Under the pieces are notes generated by a model, which did no database searches, was not told the DNA's origin, and worked only from the letters and a program-made list of their open reading frames with translations. Below, one piece after another: positions 24,062 through 37,219 of a stretch of 64,000 nt of DNA. The position numbers and the translations under genes were made by a program. The stretch's first letter is position 1. The number at the start of each line of letters is the position of its first letter. Source of the stretch: Epiperipatus broadwayi (taxonomy: Eukaryota > Animalia > Onychophora); NCBI GenBank assembly GCA_028023455.1, contig JAQFVV010000003.1:27900001-27964000 (forward strand), written 5' to 3'.

Positions 24062-26529
24062 AATCTTTTATTAATTCTTTCACCATTAATTATGTATATT
24101 CTGTTAGTGATTACAAATAGCTGAGCTAGTCGCGGATATTTAGGCGTTGTGTTAGTGGCCATTGCTCAAAGCGCGTTATTTATTCATTCTTGGATAATTA
24201 ACTGGCGCCCGTGTTTATACACAAACAAAAAAAAGTGCTTTGAACGTGGTGCTGAACTCAACAGCCGAGAAGAAACTATGTCCTGGAAATGCAATGCTAG
24301 TTATATATTTTATAGCTATCGTTTGGGCATACATACTCTCCGAGTATGTTCTCTGCTTAAGAGGCAGGTGTTTCGAGGACACATATTCGAAGCCGGTACA
24401 ATATATATAAACATTTTCTTGAGCCAGGCTTTCTGACAATAGTAATTGAAGAACCATCTGCTTCATCATTTTCCACATCAAATAACTGGTAATCTTATCA
24501 ATCTTGACTTTTTTTTTGTTGAAAAATGACATTGGAATTAAAATAATTTTTTAATATACATCATTCTATTAAAAACATAATTAAGTTTGCATTACCTTAT
24601 TGCAGCAACATACATTAGATTATGATATTATACACTGACTTCTGAAATAAATTTATTATTCAAAGGCCGAAATATTTTTAGCATTTATTAATGTTGAGCT
24701 AATTATTTAAGAAAATCTACTTTGAGACTAAAATTTTAAAAAATATAAAACGTAGAGTTTATCAACTTGGTTTATGAACCGGCTAAACTTGGGAAGATCC
24801 ATAATTATTGAAATGATGAGAAGAACACGACTAATCTAAAATACTGTATTAAAAATCATGATTTAATATAATTAGCATATCAATGACTAAAACAGTCGTT
24901 GAGTATTTTTTAACCGTTTTCAATGACTTTTTATAATAGCAAAGTGGTCAATGACCACCCCTCCATATTTACATGAATGTATTTTTAATAGCGTAAAAAA
25001 AACATTAACAATTTTCTTAACATAATTCTAATCTAATATTTAATGTGACTCAAAGCTGAATGTTTGTTAAACACAATCTGATATAATCTTAACATTTCAA
25101 TATGTTTCTTATTATTTTGATATCAAGTGTTGAAAATTCCCTCTTGTAAATTTGTATATGAAAATGGAAAACTTGAAAAAAGTGACAAAATTTAAATATC
25201 ACTAATATGTAGTAGAAGAGAATTGAGTCTATCAATTGCCTTATTATTGATGTTCAATCTGTATTCAAGCCAGTTATTTCTTGTGTGAATCTGACATTCA
25301 CTATTAATATTAAATTTTTTGGCAGTTACATCATTGAAAAAAAATTTGACTGGTACTAGCAATTTTTTTAAATTCACATATTTTGACAAGATGATTAGTA
25401 AAAATATGGATAAAACCACTTTTAATACTAACGATTGTTTACATGTCTGAAAATTAGTATATATTAGTCAAGCATGCAATAAAAGTATACCAACCTATAA
25501 AAAATATTTTTTAAATATTTCATCAATGGATAAGTTAGTCTAATCTTTTTTTAATTATATTCATTAAATTAGTTTCTTGGTAGGTTTTCTATTAAAAAAC
25601 ATGACACATTTCTGAAAATCAAGCTAGCTAAGGAAGTGAATTCTTACTACTATTTTAAAAAAAAAATGCAGCCTATAAATTTTTTATCCATGTAGCAGAA
25701 ATCAATTATAATAGCTAATAGCACCCCATACAGGAATACCTGATATAAATTGTTTGCAAGGAATTGCTAAATCAGGCTCAACAATGCTGGAAAGATACAA
25801 AAGAATGTTGATAATTAGTGTTTTGGTTAAATTATGTTATTGGATATAATAAAATGCTATCTAGTACTATGCAGTTCTAATCCTAATATGCAACCAAAGA
25901 TTATTTTAGGATCAAATAAAATTCATGGAAAAATCAAGTAATACCATGTTATTATCACTCAAAAACTGATTTAACAGCTAGTAACTTAATGGAATTACTA
26001 TTACCATGGACATAAACGAGCAGTGTAAATCAGCATACGACCATGTTTTCATTACCATTTGCTAAATATTTTATAACTGAAGTTAGATTTTTAAAATTAA
26101 ATTATTTTATCAATTAATATTAACAATATTCATTAACAAAAAATTATTTTGCAAAATTGCACTTTCTAAAAAGTTAGATTTTCCTTTAAAGAAAGTTTTA
26201 GCAATTTCACATTTTAAACTCGGCTAATTAAGATAGTCATTCCAACCAAAAGAATAAGTATAAATACAATATCCAATAAAATAAAGTGAAGAGACAAAAC
26301 CATAGCAGCAAAGTATAAATTGTAACAATGATCCGGAACAATTAGAAGAGTATACTGATTTCAACTTAAGAAATAAGGTAATGCACAAGACATTTTTATT
26401 TTCTAGCTTGAAAATAAAGATAATTATATTATTTAAAATTTCTTACTCAAGCAAAGTACTACAAATATATTATTTCCTCAAAAAAAAACAGCATAACAAA
26501 AAATGAACAAATTACTATACGAACAGTGT

Positions 26530-27391
26530 TTAATTGAAAATGTAATAAGTTTATTACTTTGAAAAAAAAAAAAAAAAATAGCTGCTTGGCATTTTATAAA
26601 ACATTATTTTAGATTTTTTTTCTTAAAAATTTATATATAGTACAATATCACTGCTAATTTTCTCACTCTATATGACTATATTGTGTAAAAATAAAAGTTT
26701 TTAACATTTTAATCTGGTCTATTATTGTTGTACTGATAGCAGAAAATGGCTATCATATTTGGTGATTGTGAGTTTGTATAATGTGAAATGCTGTGAAATA
26801 TTGATTCTACAATTTGACCACAAATGTCCAAATAGTTGACAACCAAAATTGTGTTTAATAAGGACTCCTAAATATAAAGATATAATTTGTAATACAATAG
26901 TACACATACAAAATAAATATTAAATAAACATATAAAAAAAACCCATGATATTTAAATTTACAATAAAGACAACATATATTTATTTTTTGTTACTATATTC
27001 TACATACAAAAATGTAGCAGATAAAAAAAAAAAACTTGCACAATATTTGAAGTGTAATATTAATAAATTTACAAACAATTATAAAAAAAAAACAAAATCA
27101 TTAACATACACATTAATATATACACATCCTCATATATACAGCCTTAATTTACAAATTTTTAACGTGAGAATTTCTTTTAAATAAAAAAACTCAATGTGAG
27201 TATTAGTGCATTTGTAATCTTTAATTACAAATATATATTTTTATTCAATATTTAAATAAAAAAGTCTATGAAATTATGTGACAAATACACACATTTCACA
27301 GATTATATACACATTAATTATGGAACAAATGTTACCATAAAATTTATATGAAAATATTTTTTCAATCAAAATATATATATATATGAAGCTA
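26530..27391 (-). terminator. RBM5/10 3' UTR with candidate poly(A) signals
   Basis: Minus-strand AATAAA at 27240-27245, 26979-26984 and 26550-26555; the last is followed by a T/GT-rich tract (26480-26510). The true cleavage site cannot be fixed from sequence. Confidence 0.45.
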
Positions 27392-27517
27392 CTATTCTAT
27401 TTCACTATATCTGGCTTGGGTTAATTTTTTAACTGCTTCTTTATAAGTATCTCCGGGTGCTGCAATAAATGTACTTCCTTTCATTCCTAATCCAGCAGCA
27501 GCCGCTCTTCTCTGGGC
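27392..27517 (-). CDS. RBM5: RBM5/RBM10 homolog, last coding exon (AQRRAAAAGLGMKG...ARYSEIE*)
   Basis: Poly-T acceptor TTTTAG|GCC, phase 0, TAG at 27394-27392; resembles the RBM5 C-terminus AQVRLKGAGLGAKG...ARFTEME. Confidence 0.95.
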   Translation of the reverse strand, partial: AQRRAAAAGLGMKGSTFIAAPGDTYKEAVKKLTQARYSEIE

Positions 27518-28506
27518 CTAAAAAAAAAAAAAAAAAAAAAGTCAAATAATGAACAGTTTTTTTTTTTGCAAATTAAAGCAAAATCACTTTTATACAATAA
27601 AATCTCAATACATTAAAAAATAACAAACAGTCTTCTATTTTAAAAATAGCTCATTAATTTCAATATATACACAACAAGCCACACACAAACTTGTTTATAA
27701 ATCTTGTTTTATTATAATATGAACTATTATAACATACAGTAATATACTCTTTTATAATTTTTATCGGTACGCCAGGCCAGCCACTTGGTGACATTGTTTC
27801 TCTGCTAAAAACCCAGAAATATGCAGTTTACACGGCCAAATATTTCTGTGCTTTTGCAGAAAAACTTACGACCTATAGAACAGTACTGTTCATATTAGCT
27901 GCTGCAGGCATATATGGCGTTACACACAAATATTTACGGCCCGCTAATGTGCTTTGCGACACTATGCGAATATGCACACTTAACAGATCGCTATCATATG
28001 ATGTGAGGGTGTAATGAATTCAAGTGGCCATAATTGTTGCAATATCTATTTTTAATTAAAGATCTTAACCCCTACCCGACATAGTATTTGATACTATAAT
28101 TGTAAGACAGTCGCCGGGCTTCCCTGCAGATTTTGGAAGGTGGGAAAAAATGCAAAAGGTCATGGCCAAGCACCTTTTCCCAGAACTTCCATGTAAATTA
28201 CGAGACAAATAAAATGTCTGAGGTTGCATGTAGTTTTGGAAATCATAAACTTGGTTTGATCAGTGACAACAAATTATTTGTCCCCCCCCCCCCCCAAAAA
28301 AAAAACATTGAAGAAAGATAAAAACTTTTTGAGTATTTCAACTTTTTTTTGTTATTTAAAAAAAATACGATGACTTTTTTTTTTTTTTGACTATACAGTG
28401 ATTTTTGTTTCGGCTTTATTTGTATACCACTGATATACTAAAACTTTTATTTGTAAAATCAATTTTTATAAATATTTTTTAAAAATAAAAACAAACCCAA
28501 AATAAC

Positions 28507-29966
28507 GGTAAAGGTTTACTTTAGCATCCACATCAAGTTCGCGCCCTCTAGTTTTACAAATTAGAATAAATTATTATTCGAAAATCTTAAGTAAATGCTA
28601 CTATAGTACAATTACATTAAAATTTATTAAATTGTAAAAGATAATAAAAAAAAACATTTACCATTTTAAAGAAGTTGAATTATACTAGATTAATTAAAAT
28701 AATAATTAGTTTAAATTATTTGAAACTTAAGAATTTAAACTATCTACATTTATAACTTAAGAATTTAAACCATCTACATTTATAGCACTTATTACAAAAA
28801 AAGCACCCTCTGGGTTCAAAAATTCGAATTACACGCACGTGTACAGTTTTATAGTTGCAAAAAATGGCAGACAGATCTGTTACACGTTTAGTTCCAGATG
28901 ACCAAATTTTGAATGTTGCTGCTATTCTGGCAGAAGACTGGAAGATGACAGAGTTGTGGAATGCCCTTCAAACTCTGGAATTGGCCATCAAATGGCTTGC
29001 AAGAAGACACCTTCTGAAGAATTTTGCCACATGACAACAATGCGGTGTTCGCTGGTGATGTATTCTGCAGGCATAGATGGCAATGCAGAATATGTCGCTG
29101 TCGCAGCTCAATCAGAATGGGGTCTTTCTTTTCCCAAAGTCATCTATTTCTGGGAACAATTATAAATATAGTTATTTTGGGTCGCATAATTTGCCCCAAG
29201 AATGCATTGTGCATGAGACCTGCGTCAGCAAAAAATAGTCATTGACTGGGATAATTTTTGCCGCGAAGAATGTGCCAAATATTCTGACACAAATCCAATG
29301 GTTCTTGGGGAATGGGTGACAATAGGGAGCCATTAGTCGTCGAAATTAACGAAACATTATTTCCATCGCAAACACCACAGGGGGACTGTACGAAGGTTAT
29401 TGGGTCTTTGGCGGTATAGAAAGAGGATCAAGGAAGTACTTCTTGACAAAAGTTACAGATAGGACAGCTATTACACTGGAGGCCCTAATACAGTGGTACA
29501 TTTTACCAGGTACTCACATTATTTAGATGGCTGGGCTGTGTATAACATCAACAGACTCAACAATGGGATATATATGCATTCGGTTGTCGTCCATCAGGAC
29601 AACTTCATGCATCCCGAAGACCAAGACATACACACCCTGAATATTGAAAATATGTGGATGAGAGTGAAGCGTAAGCTGAAATTTCAATCTGGTATCAGCT
29701 GAGCTTTGTTTTCATCGTACCTCCAAGAATTTTACCCTTCCGGAGTAGACACAGCACTGCTGCCTTTTTCTCCAACTTCATAGTATGCATAGGACACAAT
29801 TATGCTTAAAAAGGTAAATGATTTTTTTTTATTAACTTTTACATTTTAATAAATATTTACTGTAATTGTAATATAGGTGCATATACGTAAGATTTTTGAA
29901 TATTTTAGTTCTAATTTTGAAAACTAGAGGGTGAACATGATGTGGACGCTAAAGTAAACCTTTACC
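28507..29966 (+). mobile_element. Merlin DNA transposon (1460 bp, formerly autonomous)
   Basis: ~58-bp TIRs starting GGTAAAGGTTTACTTTAGC; flanks AAAATAAC / AAAACAAT (6/8, eroded 8-bp TSD); transposase relic inside. Confidence 0.88.
28864..29809 (+). pseudogene. Merlin / IS1595-like (DDE_Tnp_IS1595) transposase pseudogene
   Basis: VIDWDNFCREEC, VVEI(N)ET, YWVFGGIERGS, DRTAITLEALI..YILPGTHII, DGWAVY, HTLNIENMW..VKRKLK, SYLQEF; frameshifted, first catalytic D>N. Confidence 0.88.
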
Positions 29967-32900
29967 AAAACAATTTTTGTCTCAATGACGACAAATTATT
30001 TCTCCCCATATCCCCCCAAAAAAGTTAAACAAAGATCAAAACTTTTGACTTTTTTTCAACTTTGGTTTTCTTTTTTTGTTTTTAAAATACAGCGATTTTT
30101 TTGTTGGCTTTATTTGTATTACACAATGTCTATATTGCCAGTTTTAAAAAAAGTCGGAGAAAATGTAAAAATAATTTAAACATAGTCGGCCCCAGATTGA
30201 TATAATTGTGTTTTTAGCAGAAACAATGCCACTAAGCGGCTGGGCTAACGTACCGATTAGTACTTTTTTTTATCAAGGAACAACTAAAAAATACATAAAA
30301 GACAATAAATATTCCATAATATATATAACAAATACCTCTTATCTTAATCTTAACTTTTCATTACATTCATTTCTTAAATAAGGAACAGAATGTTAATTGA
30401 GAAAAAAAAGAGGACAATAGGTTGATTTAATTAAATAAAGGGAATTATTTTAAGAAAGGTATTTAAAAAACGAATGTAATTAGAACTTAAGATTGTTTGA
30501 TAGAAGAGTTTTAAGGTAAGAAGTATGTGATATATATATATATTATTATGAAAAATTTGTACTTACTGTTTTTTATGTATTTTTAGTTGTTTCTTGATAA
30601 AGACTATAAAAGAATTTAGGTGAAATGTTGGACTATATTGTTGTACATTATAATAGTTCATATAATAAGAAATCAAGATTTATAAAGAAGAACTTCAATA
30701 TATATATATAAAAAACTAAGAAGAAGCAATTGCTGAAATCCGGAATAAAAATATAGACAAAATTTTTCCCAACATAATTTTAAAAGAAAAACATGGGATA
30801 CTTTTTACTGGTATCCATAGTATTAATGTATATCATACACAAAAAGAATACAATATTCTAAAAATATATTATCACTCAGAAGTAAATAATTAACTTCAGC
30901 ATAATGTAAAAAATATATTTAATTAACCTCAAATTTATTTTACTTAATTTCACCAGCAAAGTGATTTAATTTTTGCACTTTTGTCCTACTAACTTTCATT
31001 TATTAGCAGAAAAGTAACATTTTGTCTATTATTTAAACTTGAATAATTTAATAGTATATATATCAAAAACCCATTAATATTATTCTTGTTAATTACAGAG
31101 CATCCATTATTTCAGATACTATTGCAAAGTATATTGTTCCAAATAAAAAAAAAATTTTTTTAATTAATAAATCATAGCCTATAGCTTGTTTTTTATATTT
31201 CATATAAATTTTTTAAATTCTAATTTGGTACTGTATACATTCATTCATAAGGAAAGGAAAGCCCAGTGCACTTAAAAGCAAGTCTAATCTCTATTTTGTC
31301 ATAATTGTAATATTGCATATAAATATTTAAAACAAAATTTAATTATTAAATGTTCACAAGAGAAAACTAATTGAGACAGATGGTAAGTATAAAAATTTTG
31401 ACTTAAAAAAAATAAAAAAAAACTGAAATGTTCTTGATACAAATTGTTTTAAGCAATTTCAAGCCGATTACACTTGGACTGAGGATTTAAATAGGGCAGT
31501 ATAGTATCACCGTATTTGTATGCTAAATATGTAATAAGGAAAGCTCAGACTGAATGTTTGAATTAAAAATGGATGAAAGAATCAACAACCTTAAGCATTT
31601 TGAACACTTCATTAATAGCTATACATAGATATCTCATTATTATTTTCAGACAAGTTATGGTTAAATATAAAGATAATAACTATAATGACAAATCAGTATA
31701 ATGAAGATATAAAAGTGGTTGAGTTTTTGCCTTTTTTATCATTTGAAGAATCTAATAGTTAAAAAATTTATCACGCATTAACACTGCTGAAGTTACATTT
31801 GAAAAACCGGCAACAATTTTTTATCTTTAAAAACAAAGACTAGAATAGTTTCCTATTATTTTCTAGGGTTATGAAAGTTAAACATTGAAAAAGAAAATAT
31901 ATTTTTGAAATGTGATATTGGTAAAGACTTTGATAATTTCATGCCCCCAGTAAAAATGAACAATGAATATTTGATTAGACGAGACCTCAACTCATGCTTA
32001 AAATACAATCATTAGGATAAATTTGCTCTATTTAGATCAAATCATGGGGAAAATCTAATCTAGTAAAAAAATTACAAGTGAAAAAAAAAAAAGTGACTAG
32101 AAATGAAGTTGATAAACTTCATCAAAACAATAATGAATGCATCTTTGATCAAACTGAAAAATCAAACAAAGAATAGGTTCTTCTGGTAAAATGCTATTTA
32201 TATGATGGTCAGAAGACTATGTTCACATATTAGCATTTAATGATAAAATTGTTATTTATTAAGTTTAACTGCAAATGGTTTCTATTACAGTAATAATATT
32301 AAAGGGCATGAAATAATAACTGAAGCAGAATTACATAAAAAATTATAATTCAATAAAATTAGAGAAAAAAAAAAATATGAAAATTATTTTGACATTAAGC
32401 AGCCAAATAATTAGAGTATTGTATAAAGTTTATATTCTTATTAGATATAAAATAAACAAACAATGAAAACATTTAATGATAAAAAAGTCTATATTTATTC
32501 AGAAATTATGGATTAATATTTTGCCATAGACAGACAAAATATTTGATTTCTAGAAATGACTTGGGTTAAATCGAATATGAAATCTGAATAATAGTTATAT
32601 TTTTTCCAGAATTAAATCTTTATTTACAAAAGATAAAAAGATATGTACATTTATGTCCTATAAGTTTTATACATTTAAAAAAAATGTTTTCAAGTGAGAT
32701 GGGAGAGAACTAAAAAAAAAGAAAAAGATTTTCAATGTTCAATATATTAGAAATGCAGTTAATATTTTAATGTGCAAAATATAAAGGATATTTTAAAATT
32801 TGTTTTGAAACGGAAAATCCAATTTTAGTATATAAAAACTTGTGCAACATAAATATAAAAATTCAATCCCTTCAGGAAAAAGATGGAAGCCTCAAAATTA

Positions 32901-34099
32901 TAACTGTTACATTACTTGGTTAAAGTAAATTTGTACACTATGGACTGAATAATTATAGAATATGACATAAGTATTTTCAATTCATAGATGTTCAAGTTAA
33001 AACAAAAAAACATTTTGCCTCCTAAAGACCTTGTCACATATGGGAAAGGGGGAGGAGATTAATAAATGTAAAAATCTCAAAAAATATTGCAGAATTTTCA
33101 TAATAACATCAATAAATTTTATAAAAAAAATTAACTGCCTCATTTTTAAAAAAGTTAATGATTGAAAAATGTTAACCCATGACCACTTCTATATGCTTTT
33201 AATTTTCGCGCTTTTTCAATCAATATTTTTGCTTTTAAATAAATATATGTAAGGATAATTAATTATTAATATTCACATACTGTATCAACATAAAATATCA
33301 CAACTTTATAGAGCAACAGTATCATTAATCATCATAGAAATATTTCCCAAGAAAACTCAATATACATTGATTTTGATGATGAAATTGATATTCATCCTAT
33401 CTTTTTGAGAAGAAATTAAACTTGAACAAAGTTCATTGAATTACAAAGATTTTAATTATATTAATTACATAGGGTGTAAATATCCACTAACAAGACTTTC
33501 ATATTCATTTTAAAAAAAAATTCATTTGTCAATTTATCACTTTTTTATATTAACTTTACCCATGAGAAGTCTGCTTGTAGCAATGAAATCATTGATAGTG
33601 TTGTAGATTTTATTTTCTTGACTAGTCTGGTTGAGTTGTGAATTTGGTGTAACTTTGATTATATTAACTTTGTAAGTAATATTAAACCATGAAAATCATT
33701 TAAATTTAATTGAATGTCTACTTGTTAGTGGAAATCCCATCCACATACTGAAGTACTGCAAATAAGAATAAGGTTTGTTAATTTTTTTTTTCATAAAAAA
33801 AAAATCCTAAAAAAAATATTCTTTAGCAAACAAACAATTCAAAAAAATATTTTCACTAAGTATCACCAATGTAAATATTCTGAAAGAAATTAAATTAGTA
33901 TTTGTTATTTTGACTAATTAAATTTTTTATGTGACATTTTCATTCATTATACGTGACAATATTTGTGTTTGTTTGCTGAAGATATGATTTTAATGTTTTC
34001 AAAACATATTTTCGTTTTGCAATGATATTATTTCATAATTTTTTAACTTTTTTTTAAAAACAAAAATGATATAACTTATCAATTAGCTTATTGTTATTT

Positions 34100-35300
34100 A
34101 CTTTGATATATGGATAGTAGTTTGGCCACCATTATGTAGTACTTACATGCAACTAGCACTCAGTAATGACAATATTCACATTCCTCTATTGTCATATAGG
34201 AGGTGTGGCAATGTTGCTAGGTCCAAGAAGTTAACTTCATAAATTTGTCAAAAAAGTTTGAACACTTAACCATTTCTTCTCTTTATATATGTTTTTGTAA
34301 TATGAAAATATCATGGACTAGGCCACGTTTTTAAGACTTCAAAGAGACTATTCAACTATTATAGAGTTACAACAATTCTTCACTGTTAAATATTTGGGCA
34401 GCACTTCCAAGTACAATACATTTCTTATTAGATAGCATTTCATTTCTAATTGTTGCAGTAATTCTTCAGCATTGTTTTCATTCACTCCAAATTAAATATC
34501 TTCAATAAATTTAACAATTAACCATGTAAGAATGTTTAATCCTTGCCATAAAATCCTAAAAATTTGAAACAAAAGGAGCAGCCAAATTTTTCCAGGCATG
34601 TTTCACATTTATTATTCATTATTTCAATCTAAGTTCCAACATTTTTTTTTTTTTTACTCCATAAAAATATTTTTCCTCTTAAAATTTTAAAAGTACTAAT
34701 TTGGAATAGAATCAAGTGTGATAAAGCAAATATTTGTGTCATACAATAGATCCCTGATGTATCAATGGCAGAAAAAAGATAAAATTGGTGTCAATCCACT
34801 GATATTATAGCTCTCTAATTCAAAATGGTTCACAAATAAGTATAGGATTTAGTTTAATTTTCTGAATGCATCCGCTCTTCTCATTAAAAAAAATATTCCA
34901 CCCATTTGTTAAATTTATTCTAGGCATCAAATTTTCCTACTTTGCAGTTCTAGAGAGCACTTTATACAAGAAAAACATTGGTCTCATTTATAACAGCTGG
35001 AAATCCATCATTAATAACAATTTAAAGCTACTTAAAATGCATCATTACTAATAGCTTCAAAAACTTTCATAGTGCGAAATGTACATAATTCTTGAAGCAC
35101 TAAAATCAATGTCGACTTACTGAGAAAGTTTGAGTGTCATAAATAATTTCTTCATGTCACTAATGGCTCCATTTTTTTTTCCTGATTACTGTTGCTTTAT
35201 CACAGCACATTCTGAGTTGGAGAGTATATATATTTGACATTAGCATCAAGTTTAGATTGTAAACAACATAATTCACAAACAATAGAGGCAATTGTAAATG
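34100..35300 (-). pseudogene. Very decayed hAT-like transposase relic
   Basis: Only weak motif traces, e.g. KCET(C/R) near 34600 resembling LxxTRW. Confidence 0.25.
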
Positions 35301-37219
35301 ACATAAACTTTTTTTTTTTTCATCAAGGAAAATGTATTATCTAATTAATACAAGTATAATAAAACTATGAACAGGGTTAATAACCAACAAATTTTTTTAA
35401 AAAAGGTAAAGTGACAAATTATTATTACTTTTTTTAATTTTGATTACTGGCAATAAACAGAGAGAATGTCCTTAAAAAAGACTAGAAAAGATTTCTGGTT
35501 TGCCACTGTTTAAAACATGAAACAGAATGTTATCCAGACAAGATTCTAATAATTCTTGGGGTATATCTACTGACTAGAAAATGTTTCATTTTACAGTGAC
35601 ATGTGTAAATGTTCAATAAACCAAAGATTTTATTATTGTACAAGTACAAACACATTTATTTTGAGATTACTTTATCTCAGATGTTTTAAATGTACTTATT
35701 TATGTTCCACTCTCGACATATTTATAGATTACTTTATATAAAATCTATATTCCATTATTTACATCTTTAAATATGGGTCAATGTCAAAAGTATACTGAAT
35801 CTTCAATTTATCAATGAGTCATTCCAGTATGGCTTCAAGTAGTTAAAAACAGAAACTAAATGGAAAATAGAATGTAATATACCATGTCAGTATCTAACAA
35901 ATGTTAGTTGTAAATTATTTTTCAAACATTTATTCTATTTTTAAATTAGCCAATTGTTTAACTTTTTTCACTACATATTCTTTAAATTAATAATCTTTTT
36001 TTTACTTCATTTTATTTTCTGTAAAATAAATTGAAGCACCCCAAAGGCACATTACGTCATTCAAATAATGAGATTTTTTTATTTTTAAACTATCCAGTCT
36101 GCCTATTCACTAATGACCAAAAATCATTTAGAAGTCACAGTCTTAAAATATACACCTTTGCCTCAGTGAAGGCAATTGGTCTCCTAAAACTCATTGTTAA
36201 ATAAGAATATCATATGCAGAATAAGCATTTATAATGGTCGTCTATGGGACAAAAAATGACCAGTTACTCCAGTTAAAAAAATAAGTTGAGAATATTACAT
36301 TACTTATAGAGTATATAAAAATTAAAAAAACCCTTAACGTTTATTATATGCTTGTGTAAACTATGCTGTGTGTATTATGCAACTTAACTCTATGTAAAAA
36401 GGAAAAAAAAAATGCTTAGAGTTGTTACTTCCTGTGATCCATTTATCCACTAATCATTGTTGTACAGTTAGAGTTTACAAGCTCAAAGATTTTCTTGATT
36501 TTTTCATGGTCATATTAGTAAACAGAATTTCTAAAAAAAAAAAGTTGAATATTGCTAGAAATAAAGTGCATGTTTTCACTGTCCAAAGTTATAGCAAAAT
36601 ATAACAAGAAAGTGAAACTAAACTACCATTTAGTTTTTTTTTTGTGTTCTTCCATACAACATTACACTGAAAAAAAAAACCCATACTGAAATTTCATTTT
36701 TTAAAATTTGAATTACAGTATTATACTATATTATTTATGGGAAATTATTAAAATTAAAAACACAATGTTTAATAACAAATCATTTGATTGACCATAAAGA
36801 CTGGTTATTTATCATTAGTGTAATAAGAGCCAAATAAACATACAATACATTATAAAAATTTAATCATAGGTAACTTTAAAAAAATGTGCATTGGAAAAAA
36901 AAAATGTAATGCATTCTGAGTTTGCATATTGTAATCAATATTTAAAGCTTTTGTTACAATGTGTACTGGGTTGATCTCAATAAACAAATACAGTAGCTGT
37001 AGCGGGTTTTTTTGGGCATGACGTCACCTTTATCAAGCACAATAGATGTGTTTTACAATGACAGCATTTTATTGAATAGCGCAATATGTTTTGATCGCAG
37101 AGTTATGGGTTATTTCCAATATGATGGATAGCAGTTTCAATTTGATTGAAATTAGCATTTGTAAAGATTTTGATCCAAAATTGTATGAAATCTTTATACT
37201 GTACACAATTTAAAATTTA

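Larger units (their letters stand above)
27766..30254. mobile_element. Merlin-type non-autonomous element hosting a nested Merlin
   Basis: ~50-bp TIR GGTACGCCAGGCCAGCCACTTGGTGACATTGTTTCTCTGCTAAAAAC versus rc GGTACGTTAGCCCAGCCGCTTAGTGGCATTGTTTCTGCTAAAAAC; exact termini uncertain, no TSD. Confidence 0.7.

Noticed and set aside
24149-24532. Overlapping ORFs with a faint THAP-like trace (KAWLKK...SSKH)
   Set aside because: The motifs lie in different frames and the Cys/His ligands are not recoverable.
30300-36900. Intronic C/D snoRNA or hidden exons in the long AT-rich intron
   Set aside because: No sense-strand RTGATGA...CTGA pair with a terminal stem was found and no phase-compatible exon; only very old TE debris.
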